From Auanema rhodensis (taxonomy: Eukaryota > Animalia > Nematoda): 64,000 nt of DNA. This document shows positions 1 to 12,500 of the stretch, in pieces (the stretch's first letter is position 1; every line of letters begins with the position of its first letter). The notes below the pieces were generated by a model. It saw only the letters and a program-made list of their open reading frames with translations, was not told the origin of the DNA and did no database searches. A program made the position numbers and the translations under genes. Location of the stretch: positions 62,001-126,000 of the forward strand of contig CAXKVF010000080.1 in assembly GCA_964057225.1 (NCBI GenBank), written 5' to 3'.

Positions 1-375
1 TTAATTTATGCTAATTAAATGTACACGTGATGTGCACTTGGTATGTAACTCGCTTCACGTGCAAGATAAAGAGATGCGGTTTTCAAAATTAGATTCCCCA
101 TGTCCATATTAGTCTAAAAACAAATTTTTATTGATATTGGTGCATGGTAACCATGACTTTGAAATTTACGTGAACTTTAATTTATGCTAATTAAATGTAC
201 ACGTGATGTGCACTTGGTATGTAACTCGCTTCACGTGAAAGATAAAGAGATGCGGTTTTCAAAATTAGATTCCCCATGTCCATATTAGTCTAAAAACAAA
301 TTTTTATTGATATTGGTACATGGTAACCATGACTTTGAAATTTACGTGAACTTTAATTTATGCTAATTAAATGTA

Positions 376-415
376 CACGTGATGTGCACTTGGTATGTAA
401 CTCGCTTCACGTGAA
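376..415. other. Two canonical E-boxes per monomer: CACGTGAT (positions 24-31) and the perfect palindrome TTCACGTGAA (positions 54-63)
   Basis: Direct motif match to CACGTG. Protein binding or function is not demonstrated. Confidence 0.6.
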
Positions 416-493
416 AGATAAAGAGATGCGGTTTTCAAAATTAGATTCCCCATGTCCATATTAGTCTAAAAACAAATTTTTATTGATATTGGT

Positions 494-508
494 TCATGGT
501 AACCATGA
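494..508. other. Dyad TCATGGT-A-ACCATGA (monomer positions 142-156); the 13-bp core is present in nearly every monomer
   Basis: 7-bp perfect arms around a 1-nt centre; contains the BstEII site GGTNACC. Confidence 0.9.
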
Positions 509-2112
509 CTTTGAAATTTACGTGAACTTTAATTTATGCTAATTAAATGTACACGTGATGTGCACTTGGTATGTAACTCGCTTCACGTGAAAGATAAAGA
601 GATGCGGTTTTCAAAATTAGATTCCCCATGTCCATATTAGTCTAAAAACAAATTTTTATTGATATTGGTGAATGGTAACCATGACTTTGAAATTTACGTG
701 AACTTTAATTTATGCTAATTAAATGTACACGTGATGTGCACTTGGTATGTAACTCGCTTCACGTGAAAGATAAAGAGATGCGGTTTTCAAAATTAGATTC
801 CTCATGTCCATATTAGTCTAAAAACAAATTTTTATTAATATTGGTTCATGGTAACCATGACTTTGAAATTTACGTGAACTTTAATTTATGCTAATTAAAT
901 GTACACGTGATGTGCACTTGGTATGTAACTCGCTTCACGTGAAAGATAAAGAGATGCGGTTTTCAAAATTAGATTCCCCATGTCCATATTAGTCTAAAAA
1001 CAAATTTTTATTGATATTGGTGCATGGTAACCATGACTTTGAAATTTACGTGAACTTTAATTTATGCTAATTAAATGTACACGTGATGTGCACTTGGTAT
1101 GTAACTCGCTTCACGTGAAAGATAAAGAGATGCGGTTTTCAAAATTAGATTCCCCATGTCCATATTAGTCTAAAAACAAATTTTTATTGATATTGCTTCA
1201 TGGTAACCATGACTTTGAAATTTACGTGAACTTTAATTTATGCTAATTAAATGTACACGTGATGTGCACTTGGTATGTAACTCGCTTCACGTGAAAGATA
1301 AAGAGATGCGGTTTTCAAAATTAGATTCCCCATGTCCATATTAGTCTAAAAACAAATTTTTATTGATATTGGTGCATGGTAACCATGACTTTGAAATTTA
1401 CGTGAACTTTAATTTATGCTAATTAAATGTACACGTGATGTGCACTTGGTATGTAACTCGCTTCACGTGAAAGATAAAGAGATGCGGTTTTCAAAATTAG
1501 ATTCCCCATGTCCATATTAGTCTAAAAACAAATTTTTATTGATATTGGTACATGGTAACCATGACTTTGAAATTTACGTGAACTTTAATTTATGCTAATT
1601 AAATGTACACGTGATGTGCACTTGGTATGTAACTCGCTTCACGTGAAAGATAAAGAGATGCGGTTTCCAAAATTAGATTCCCCATGTCCATATTAGTCTA
1701 AAAACAAATTTTTATTAATATTGGTTCATGGTAACCATGACTTTGAAATTTACGTGAACTTTAATTTATGCTAATTAAATGTACACGTGATGTGCACTTG
1801 GTATGTAACTCGCTTCACGTGAAAGATAAAGAGATGCGGTTTTCAAAATTAGATTCCCCATGTCCATATTGGTCTAAAAACAAATTTTTATTGATATTGG
1901 TTCATGGTAACCATGACTTTGAAATTTACGTGAACTTTAATTTATGCTAATTAAATGTACACGTGATGTGCACTTGGTATGTAACTCGCTTCACGTGAAA
2001 GATAAAGAGATGCGGTTTTCAAAATTAGATTCCCCATGTCCATATTAGTCTAAAAACAAATTTTTATTGATATTGGTTCATGGTAACCATGACTTTGAAA
2101 TTTACGTGAACT

Positions 2113-5100
2113 TTAATTTATGCTAATTAAATGTACACGTGATGTGCACTTGGTATGTAACTCGCTTCACGTGAAAGATAAAGAGATGCGGTTTTCAAAA
2201 TTAGATTCCCCATGTCCATATTAGTCTAAAAACAAATTTTTATTGATATTGGTTCATGGTAACCATGACTTTGAAATTTACGTGAACTTTAATTTATGCT
2301 AATTAAATGTACACGTGATGTGCACTTGGTATGTAACTCGCTTCACGTGAAAGATAAAGAGATGCGGTTTTCAAAATTAGATTCCCCATGTCCATATTAG
2401 TCTAAAAACAAATTTTTATTAATATTAGTTCATGGTAACCATGACTTTGAAATTTACGTGAACTTTAATTTATGCTAATTAAATGTACACGTGATGTGCA
2501 CTTGGTATGTAACTCGCTTCACGTGAAAGATAAAGAGATGCGGTTTTCAAAATTAGATTCCCCATGTCCATATTAGTCTAAAAACAAATTTTTATTGATA
2601 TTGGTTCATGGTAACCATGACTTTGAAATTTACGTGAACTTTAATTTATGCTAATTAAATGTACACGTGATGTGCACTTGGTATGTAACTCGCTTCACGT
2701 GAAAGATAAAGAGATGCGGTTTTCAAAATTAGATTCCCCATGTCCATATTAGTCTAAAAACAAATTTTTATTGATATTGCTTCATGGTAACCATGACTTT
2801 GAAATTTACGTGAACTTTAATTTATGCTAATTAAATGTACACGTGATGTGCTCTTGGTATGTAACTCGCTTCACGTGAAAGATAAAGAAATGCGGTTTTC
2901 AAAATTAGATTCCCCATGTCCATATTAGTCTAAAAACAAATTTTTATTGATATTGGTTCATTGTAACCATGACTTTGAAATTTACGTGAACTTTAATTTA
3001 TGCTAATTAAATGTACACGTGATGTGCACTTGGTATGTAACTCGCTTCACGTGAAAGATAAAGAGATGCGGTTTTCAAAATTAGATTCCCCATGTCCATA
3101 TTAGTCTAAAAACAAATTTTTATTGATATTGCTTCATGGTAACCATGACTTTGAAATTTACGTGAACTTTAATTTATGCTAATTAAATGTACACGTGATG
3201 TGCACATGGTATGTAACTCGCTTCACGTGAAAGATAAAGAGATGCGGTTTTCAAAATTAGATTCCCCATGTCCATATTAGTCTAAAAACAAATTTTTATT
3301 GATATTGCTTCATGGTAACCATGACTTTGAAATTTACGTGAACTTTAATTTATGCTAATTAAATGTACACGTGATGTGCACTTGGTATGTAACTCGCTCC
3401 ACGTGAAAGATAAAGAGATGCGGTTTTCAAAATTAGATTCCCCATGTCCATATTAGTCTAAAAACAAATTTTTATTGATATTGGTGCATGGTAACCATGA
3501 CTTTGAAATTTACGTGAACTTTAATTTATGCTAATTAAATGTACACGTAATGTGCACTTGGTATGTAACTCGCTTCACGTGAAAGATAAAGAGATGCGGT
3601 TTTCAAAATTAGATTCCCCATGTCCATATTAGTCTAAAAACAAATTTTTATTGATATTTGTGCATGGTAACCATGACTTTGAAATTCACGTGAACTTTAA
3701 TTTATGCTAATTAAATGTACACGTGATGTGCACTTGGTATGTAACTCGCTTCACGTGAAAGATGAAGAGATGCGGTTTTCAAAATTAGATTCCCCATGTC
3801 CATATTGGTCTAAAAACAAATTTTTATTGATATTGGTTCATGGTAACCATGACTTTGAAATTTACGTGAACTTTAATTTATGCTAATTAAATGTACACGT
3901 GATGTGCACTTGGTATGTAACTCGCTTCACGTGAAAGATAAAGAGATGCGGTTTTCAAAATTAGATTCCCCATGTCCATATTAGTCTAAAAACAAATTTT
4001 TATTGATATTGGTTCATGGTAACCATGACTTTGAAATTTACGTGAACTTTAATTTATGCTAATTAAATGTACACGTGATGTGCACTTGGTATGTAACTCG
4101 CTTCACGTGAAAGATAAAGAGATGCGGTTTTCAAAATTAGATTCCCCATGTCCATATTAGTCTAAAAACAAATTTTTATTGATATTGCTTCATGGTAACC
4201 ATGACTTTGAAATTTACGTGAACTTTAATTTATGCTAATTAAATGTACACGTGATGTGCTCTTGGTATGTAACTCGCTTCACGTGAAAGATAAAGAAATG
4301 CGGTTTTCAAAATTAGATTCCCCATGTCCATATTAGTCTAAAAACAAATTTTTATTGATATTGGTTCATGGTAACCATGACTTTGAAATTTACGTGAACT
4401 TTAATTTATGCTAATTAAATGTACACGTGATGTGCACTTGGTATGTAACTCGCTTCACGTGAAAGATAAAGAGATGCGGTTTTCAAAATTAGATTCCCCA
4501 TGTCCATATTAGTCTAAAAACAAATTTTTATTGATATTGGTTCATGGTAACCATGACTTTGAAATTTACGTGAACTTTAATTTATGCTAATTAAATGTAC
4601 ACGTGATGTGCACTTGGTATGTAACTCGCTTCACGTGAAAGATAAAGAGATGCGGTTTTCAAAATTAGATTCCCCATGTCCATATTAGTCTAAAAACAAA
4701 TTTTTATTAATATTAGTTCATGGTAACCATGACTTTGAAATTTACGTGAACTTTAATTTATGCTAATTAAATGTACACGTGATGTGCACTTGGTATGTAA
4801 CTCGCTTCACGTGAAAGATAAAGAGATGCGGTTTTCAAAATTAGATTCCCCATGTCCATATTAGTCTAAAAACAAATTTTTATTGATATTGGTTCATGGT
4901 AACCATGACTTTGAAATTTACGTGAACTTTAATTTATGCTAATTAAATGTACACGTGATGTGCACTTGGTATGTAACTCGCTTCACGTGAAAGATAAAGA
5001 GATGCGGTTTTCAAAATTAGATTCCCCATGTCCATATTAGTCTAAAAACAAATTTTTATTGATATTGCTTCATGGTAACCATGACTTTGAAATTTACGTG

Positions 5101-6160
5101 AACTTTAATTTATGCTAATTAAATGTACACGTGATGTGCTCTTGGTATGTAACTCGCTTCACGTGAAAGATAAAGAAATGCGGTTTTCAAAATTAGATTC
5201 CCCATGTCCATATTAGTCTAAAAACAAATTTTTATTGATATTGGTTCATTGTAACCATGACTTTGAAATTTACGTGAACTTTAATTTATGCTAATTAAAT
5301 GTACACGTGATGTGCACTTGGTATGTAACTCGCTTCACGTGAAAGATAAAGAGATGCGGTTTTCAAAATTAGATTCCCCATGTCCATATTAGTCTAAAAA
5401 CAAATTTTTATTGATATTGCTTCATGGTAACCATGACTTTGAAATTTACGTGAACTTTAATTTATGCTAATTAAATGTACACGTGATGTGCACATGGTAT
5501 GTAACTCGCTTCACGTGAAAGATAAAGAGATGCGGTTTTCAAAATTAGATTCCCCATGTCCATATTAGTCTAAAAACAAATTTTTATTGATATTGCTTCA
5601 TGGTAACCATGACTTTGAAATTTACGTGAACTTTAATTTATGCTAATTAAATGTACACGTGATGTGCACTTGGTATGTAACTCGCTCCACGTGAAAGATA
5701 AAGAGATGCGGTTTTCAAAATTAGATTCCCCATGTCCATATTAGTCTAAAAACAAATTTTTATTGATATTGGTGCATGGTAACCATGACTTTGAAATTTA
5801 CGTGAACTTTAATTTATGCTAATTAAATGTACACGTAATGTGCACTTGGTATGTAACTCGCTTCACGTGAAAGATAAAGAGATGCGGTTTTCAAAATTAG
5901 ATTCCCCATGTCCATATTAGTCTAAAAACAAATTTTTATTGATATTTGTGCATGGTAACCATGACTTTGAAATTCACGTGAACTTTAATTTATGCTAATT
6001 AAATGTACACGTGATGTGCACTTGGTATGTAACTCGCTTCACGTGAAAGATGAAGAGATGCGGTTTTCAAAATTAGATTCCCCATGTCGATATTAGTCTA
6101 AAAACAAATTTTTATTGATATTGGTTCATGGTAACCATGACTTTGAAATTTACGTGAACT
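2113..6160. repeat. Higher-order duplication with 13-monomer (2288 bp) offset
   Basis: The ordered variant string TTAATATTAGTT, GTGCTCTT+AGAAATG+CATTGT, GCACATGG, GCTCCACG, CACGTAATG+TTTGTG+TTCACG, GATGAA occurs at ~2289-3872 and again at ~4577-6160. Confidence 0.9.
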
Positions 6161-6512
6161 TTAATTTATGCTAATTAAATGTACACGTGATGTGCACTTG
6201 GTATGTAACTCGCTTCACGTGAAAGATAAAGAGATGCGGTTTTCAAAATTAGATTCCCCATGTCCATATTAGTCTAAAAACAAATTTTTATTGATATTGG
6301 TGCATGGTAACCATGACTTTGAAATTTACGTGAACTTTAATTTATGCTAATTAAATGTACACGTGATGTGCACTTGGTATGTAACTCGCTTCACGTGAAA
6401 GATAAAGAGATGCGGTTTTCAAAATTAGATTCCCCATGTCCATATTAGTCTAAAAACAAATTTTTATTGATATTGGTTCATGGTAACCATGACTTTGAAA
6501 TTTACGTGAACT

Positions 6513-9500
6513 TTAATTTATGCTAATTAAATGTACACGTGATGTGCACTTGGTATGTAACTCGCTTCACGTGAAAGATAAAGAGATGCGGTTTTCAAAA
6601 TTAGATTCCCCATGTCCATATTAGTCTAAAAACAAACTTTTATTGATATTGCTTCATGGTAACCATGACTTTGAAATTTACGTGAACTTAATTAATGCTA
6701 ATTAAATGTACACGTGATGTGCACTTGGTATGTAACTCGCTTCACGTGAAAGATAAAGAGATGCGGTTTTCAAAATTAGATTCCCCATGTCCATATTAGT
6801 CTAAAAACAAATTTTTATTGATATTGCTTCATGGTAACCATGACTTTGAAATTTACGTGAACTTTAATTTATGCTAATTAAATGTACACGTGATGTGCAC
6901 TTGGTATGTAACTCGCTTCACGTGAAAGATAAAGAGATGCGGTTTTCAAAATTAGATTCCCCATGTCCATATTAGTCTAAAAACAAATTTTTATTGATAT
7001 TGGTTCATGGTAACCATGACTTTGAAATTTCCGTGAACTTTAATTTATGCTAATTAAATGTACACGTGATGTGCACTTGGTATGTAACTCGCTTCACGTG
7101 AAAGATAAAGAGATGCGGTTTTCAAAATTAGATTCCCCATGTCCATATTAGTCTAAAAACAAATTTTTATTGATATTGGTTCATGGTAACCATGACTTTG
7201 AAATTTACGTGAACTTTAATTTATGCTAATTAAATGTACACGTGATGTGCACTTGGTATGTAACTCGCTTCACGTGAAAGATAAAGAGATGCGGTTTTCA
7301 AAATTAGATTCCCCACGTCCATATTAGTCTAAAAACAAATTTTTATTGATATTAGTTCATGGTAACCATGACTTTGAAATTTACGTGAACTTTAATTTAT
7401 GCTAATTAAATGTTCACGTGATGTGCACTTGGTATGTAACTCGCTTCACGTGAAAGATAAAGAGATGCGGTTTTCAAAATTAGATTCCCCATGTCCATAT
7501 TAGTCAAAAACAAATTTTTATTGATATTGGTTCATGGTAACCATGACTTTGAAATTTACGTGAACTTTAATTAATGCTAATTAAATGTACACGTGATGTG
7601 CACTTGGTATGTAACTCGCTTCACGTAAAAGATAAAGAGATGCGGTTTTCAAAATTAGATTCCCCATGTCCATATTAGTCTAAAAACAAATTTTTATTGA
7701 TATTGGTTCATGGTAACCATGACTTTAAAATTTACGTGAACTTTAATTTATGCTAATTAAATGTACACGTGATGTGCACTTGGTATGTAACTCGCTTCAC
7801 GTGAAAGATAAAGAGATGCGGTTTTCAAAATTAGATTCCCCATGTCCATATTAGTCTAAAAACAAATTTTTATTGATATTAGTTCATGGTAACCATGACT
7901 TTGAAATTTACGTGAACTTTAATTTATGCTAATTAAATGTACACGTGATGTGCACTTGGTATGTAACTCGCTTCACGTGAAAGATAAAGAGATGCGGTTT
8001 TCAAAATTAGATTCCCCATGTCCATATTAGTCAAAAACAAATTTTTATTGATATTGGTTCATGGTAACCATGACTTTGAAATTTACGTGAACTTTAATTA
8101 ATGCTAATTAAATGTACACGTGATGTGCACTTGGTATGTAACTCGCTTCACGTGAAAGATAAAGAGATGCGGTTTTCAAAATTAGATTCCCCATGTCCAT
8201 ATTAGTCTAAAAACAAATTTTTATTGATATTGCTTCATGGTAACCATGACTTTGAAATTTACGTGAACTTTAATTTATGCTAATTAAATGTACACGTGAT
8301 GTGCACTTGGTATGTAACTCGCTTCACGTGAAAGATAAAGAGATGCGGTTTTCAAAATTAGATTCCCCATGTCCATATTAGTCTAAAAACAAATTTTTAT
8401 TGATATTGGTTCATGGTAACCATGACTTTGAAATTTACGTGAACTTTAATTAATGCTAATTAAATGTACACGTGATGTGCACTTGGTTTGTAACTCGCTT
8501 CACGTGAAAGATAAAGAGATGCGGTTTTCAAAATTAGATTCCCCATGTCCATATTAGTCTAAAAACAAACTTTTATTGATATTGCTTCATGGTAACCATG
8601 ACTTTGAAATTTACGTGAACTTTAATTTATGCTAATTAAATGTACACGTGATGTGCACTTGGTATGTAACTCGCTTCACGTGAAAGATAAAGAGATGCGG
8701 TTTTCAAAATTAGATTCCCCATGTCCATATTAGTCTAAAAACAAATTTTTATTGATATTGGTTCATGGTAACCATGACTTTGAAATTTACGTGAACTTTA
8801 ATTAATGCTAATTAAATGTACACGTGATGTGCACTTGGTATGTAACTCGCTTCACGTGAAAGATAAAGAGATGCGGTTTTCAAAATTAGATTCCCCATGT
8901 CCATATTAGTCTAAAAACAAATTTTTATTGATATTGCTTCATGGTAACCATGACTTTGAAATTTACGTGAACTTTAATTTATGCTAATTAAATGTACACG
9001 TGATGTGCACTTGGTATGTAACTGGCTTCACGTGAAAGATAAAGAGATGCGGTTTTCAAAATTAGATTCCCCATGTCCATATTAGTCTAAAAACAAATTT
9101 TTATTGATATTGGTTCATGGTAACCATGACTTTGAAATTTACGTGAACTTAATTAATGCTAATTAAATGTACACGTGATGTGCACTTGGTATGTAACTCG
9201 CTTCACGTGAAAGATAAAGAGATGCGGTTTTCAAAATTAGATTCCCCATGTCCATATTAGTCTAAAAACAAATTTTTATTGATATTGCTTCATGGTAACC
9301 ATGACTTTGAAATTTACGTGAACTTTAATTTATGCTAATTAAATGTACACGTGATGTGCACTTGGTATGTAACTCGCTTCACGTGAAAGATAAAGAGATG
9401 CGGTTTTCAAAATTAGATTCCCCATGTCCATATTAGTCAAAAACAAATTTTTATTGATATTGGTTCATGGTAACCATGACTTTGAAATTTACGTGAACTT

Positions 9501-12500
9501 TAATTTATGCTAATTAAATGTACACGTGATGTGCACTTGGTATGTAACTCGCTTCACGTGAAAGATAAAGAGATGCGGTTTTCAAAATTAGATTCCCCAC
9601 GTCCATATTAGTCTAAAAACAAATTTTTATTGATATTAGTTCATGGTAACCATGACTTTGAAATTTACGTGAACTTTAATTTATGCTAATTAAATGTACA
9701 CGTGATGTGCACTTGGTATGTAACTCGCTTCACGTGAAAGATAAAGAGATGCGGTTTTCAAAATTAGATTCCCCATGTCCATATTAGTCAAAAACAAATT
9801 TTTATTGATATTGGTTCATGGTAACCATGACTTTGAAATTTACGTGAACTTTAATTAATGCTAATTAAATGTACACGTGATGTGCACTTGGTATGTAACT
9901 CGCTTCACGTAAAAGATAAAGAGATGCGGTTTTCAAAATTAGATTCCCCATGTCCATATTAGTCTAAAAACAAATTTTTATTGATATTGGTTCATGGTAA
10001 CCATGACTTTGAAATTTACGTGAACTTTAATTTATGCTAATTAAATGTACACGTGATGTGCCCTTGGTATGTAACTCGCTTCACGTGAAAGATAAAGAGA
10101 TGCGGTTTTCAAAATTAGATTCCCCATGTCCATATTAGTCTAAAAACAAATTTTTATTGATATTAGTTCATGGTAACCATGACTTTGAAATTTACGTGAA
10201 CTTTAATTTATGCTAATTAAATGTACACGTGATGTGCACTTGGTATGTAACTCGCTTCACGTGAAAGATAAAGAGATGCGGTTTTCAAAATTAGATTCCC
10301 CATGTCCATATTAGTCAAAAACAAATTTTTATTGATATTGGTTCATGGTAACCATGACTTTGAAATTTACGTGAACTTTAATTAATGCTAATTAAATGTA
10401 CACGTGATGTGCACTTGGTATGTAACTCGCTTCACGTGAAAGATAAAGAGATGCGGTTTACAAAATTAGATTCCCCATGTCCATATTAGTCTAAAAACAA
10501 ATTTTTATTGATATTGCTTCATGGTAACCATGACTTTGAAATTTACGTGAACTTTAATTTATGCTAATTAAATGTACACGTGATGTGCACTTGGTATGTA
10601 ACTCGCTTCACGTGAAAGATAAAGAGATGCGGTTTTCAAAATTAGATTCCCCATGTCCATATTAGTCTAAAAACAAATTTTTATTGATATTGGTTCATGG
10701 TAACCATGACTTTGAAATTTACGTGAACTTTAATTAATGCTAATTAAATGTACACGTGATGTGCACTTGGTATGTAACTCGCTTCACGTGAAAGATAAAG
10801 AGATGCGGTTTTCAAAATTAGATTCCCCATGTCCATATTAGTCTAAAAACAAACTTTTATTGATATTGCTTCATGGTAACCATGACTTTGAAATTTACGT
10901 GAACTTTAATTTATGCTAATTAAATGTACACGTGATGTGCACTTGGTATGTAACTCGCTTCACGTGAAAGATAAAGAGATGCGGTTTTCAAAATTAGATT
11001 CCCCATGTCCATATTAGTCTAAAAACAAATTTTTATTGATATTGGTTCATGGTAACCATGACTTTGAAATTTACGTGAACTTTAATTAATGCTAATTAAA
11101 TGTACACGTGATGTGCACTTGGTATGTAACTCGCTTCACGTGAAAGATAAAGAGATGCGGTTTTCAAAATTAGATTCCCCATGTCCATATTAGTCTAAAA
11201 ACAAATTTTTATTGATATTGCTTCATGGTAACCATGACTTTGAAATTTACGTGAACTTTAATTTATGCTAATTAAATGTACACGTGATGTGCACTTGGTA
11301 TGTAACTCGCTTCACGTGAAAGATAAAGAGATGCGGTTTTCAAAATTAGATTCCCCATGTCCATATTAGTCTAAAAACAAATTTTTATTGATATTGGTTC
11401 ATGGTAACCATGACTTTGAAATTTACGTGAACTTTAATTAATGCTAATTAAATGTACACGTGATGTGCACTTGGTATGTAACTCGCTTCACGTGAAAGAT
11501 AAAGAGATGCGGTTTTCAAAATTAGATTCCTCATGTCCATATTAGTCTAAAAACAAATTTTTATTGATATTGCTTCATGGTAACCATGACTTTGAAATTT
11601 ACGTGAACTTTAATTTATGCTAATTAAATGTACACGTGATGTGCACTTGGTATGTAACTCGCTTCACGTGAAAGATAAAGAGATGCGGTTTTCAAAATTA
11701 GATTCCCCATGTCCATATTAGTCTAAAAACAAATTTTTATTGATATTGGTTCATGGTAACCATGACTTTGAATTTTACGTGAACTTTAATTTATGCTAAT
11801 TAAATGTACACGTGATGTGCACTTGGTATGTAACTCGCTTCACGTGAAAGATAAAGAGATCCGGTTTTCAAAATTAGATTCCCCATGTCCATATTAGTCT
11901 AAAAACAAATTTTTATTGATATTGCTTCATGGTAACCATGACTTTGAAATTTACGTGAACTTTAATTTATGCTAATTAAATGTACACGTGATGTGCACTT
12001 GGTATGTAACTCGCTTCACGTGAAAGATAAAGAGATGCGGTTTTCAAAATTAGATTCCCCATGTCCATATTAGTCTAAAAACAAATTTTTATTGATATTG
12101 GTTCATGGTAACCATGACTTTGAAATTTACGTGAACTTAATTAATGCTAATTAAATGTACACGTGATGTGCACTTGGTATGTAACTCGCTTCACGTGAAA
12201 GATAAAGAGATGCGGTTTTCAAAATTAGATTCCCCATGTCCATATTAGTCTAAAAACAAATTTTTATTGATATTGCTTCATGGTAACCATGACTTTGAAA
12301 TTTACGTGAACTTTAATTTATGCTAATTAAATGTACACGTGATGTGCACTTGGTATGTAACTCGCTTCACGTGAAAGATAAAGAGATGCGGTTTTCAAAA
12401 TTAGATTCCCCATGTCCATATTAGTCTAAAAACAAATTTTTATTGATATTGGTTCATGGTAACCATGACTTTGAAATTTACGTGAACTTTAATTTATGCT

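Larger units (their letters stand above)
353..528 (+). repeat. Representative consensus monomer (176 bp, 56 G+C)
   Basis: TTAATTTATGCTAATTAAATGTACACGTGATGTGCACTTGGTATGTAACTCGCTTCACGTGAAAGATAAAGAGATGCGGTTTTCAAAATTAGATTCCCCATGTCCATATTAGTCTAAAAACAAATTTTTATTGATATTGGTTCATGGTAACCATGACTTTGAAATTTACGTGAACT; the start point is arbitrary. Confidence 0.97.

Noticed and set aside
1-176. Assignment to known 176-bp satellites (Brassica CentBr, honeybee AluI family)
   Set aside because: Only the length matches. The consensus has no AGCT or AAGCTT site and I recognise no similarity; a database search is needed.
1-176. Tandem 5S rRNA, tRNA, snRNA or spliced-leader gene array
   Set aside because: No recognisable 5S or tRNA sequence, Pol III A/B boxes or cloverleaf. 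AATTTTTATTG is only weakly Sm-site-like.
405-432. CENP-B box
   Set aside because: CTTCACGTGAAAG...GCGG resembles it only superficially; the required TTCG....A..CGGG core is absent.
1768-1950. 60-aa ORF MLIKCTRDVH...
   Set aside because: It is one satellite monomer in which A->G at 1871 turns the usual TAG into TGG. No recognisable domain, and 176 is not a multiple of 3, so the frame cannot continue.
3704-3886. Second 60-aa ORF
   Set aside because: Same TAG->TGG variant at 3807; its duplicate monomer at 5985 retains the stop. A chance ORF.
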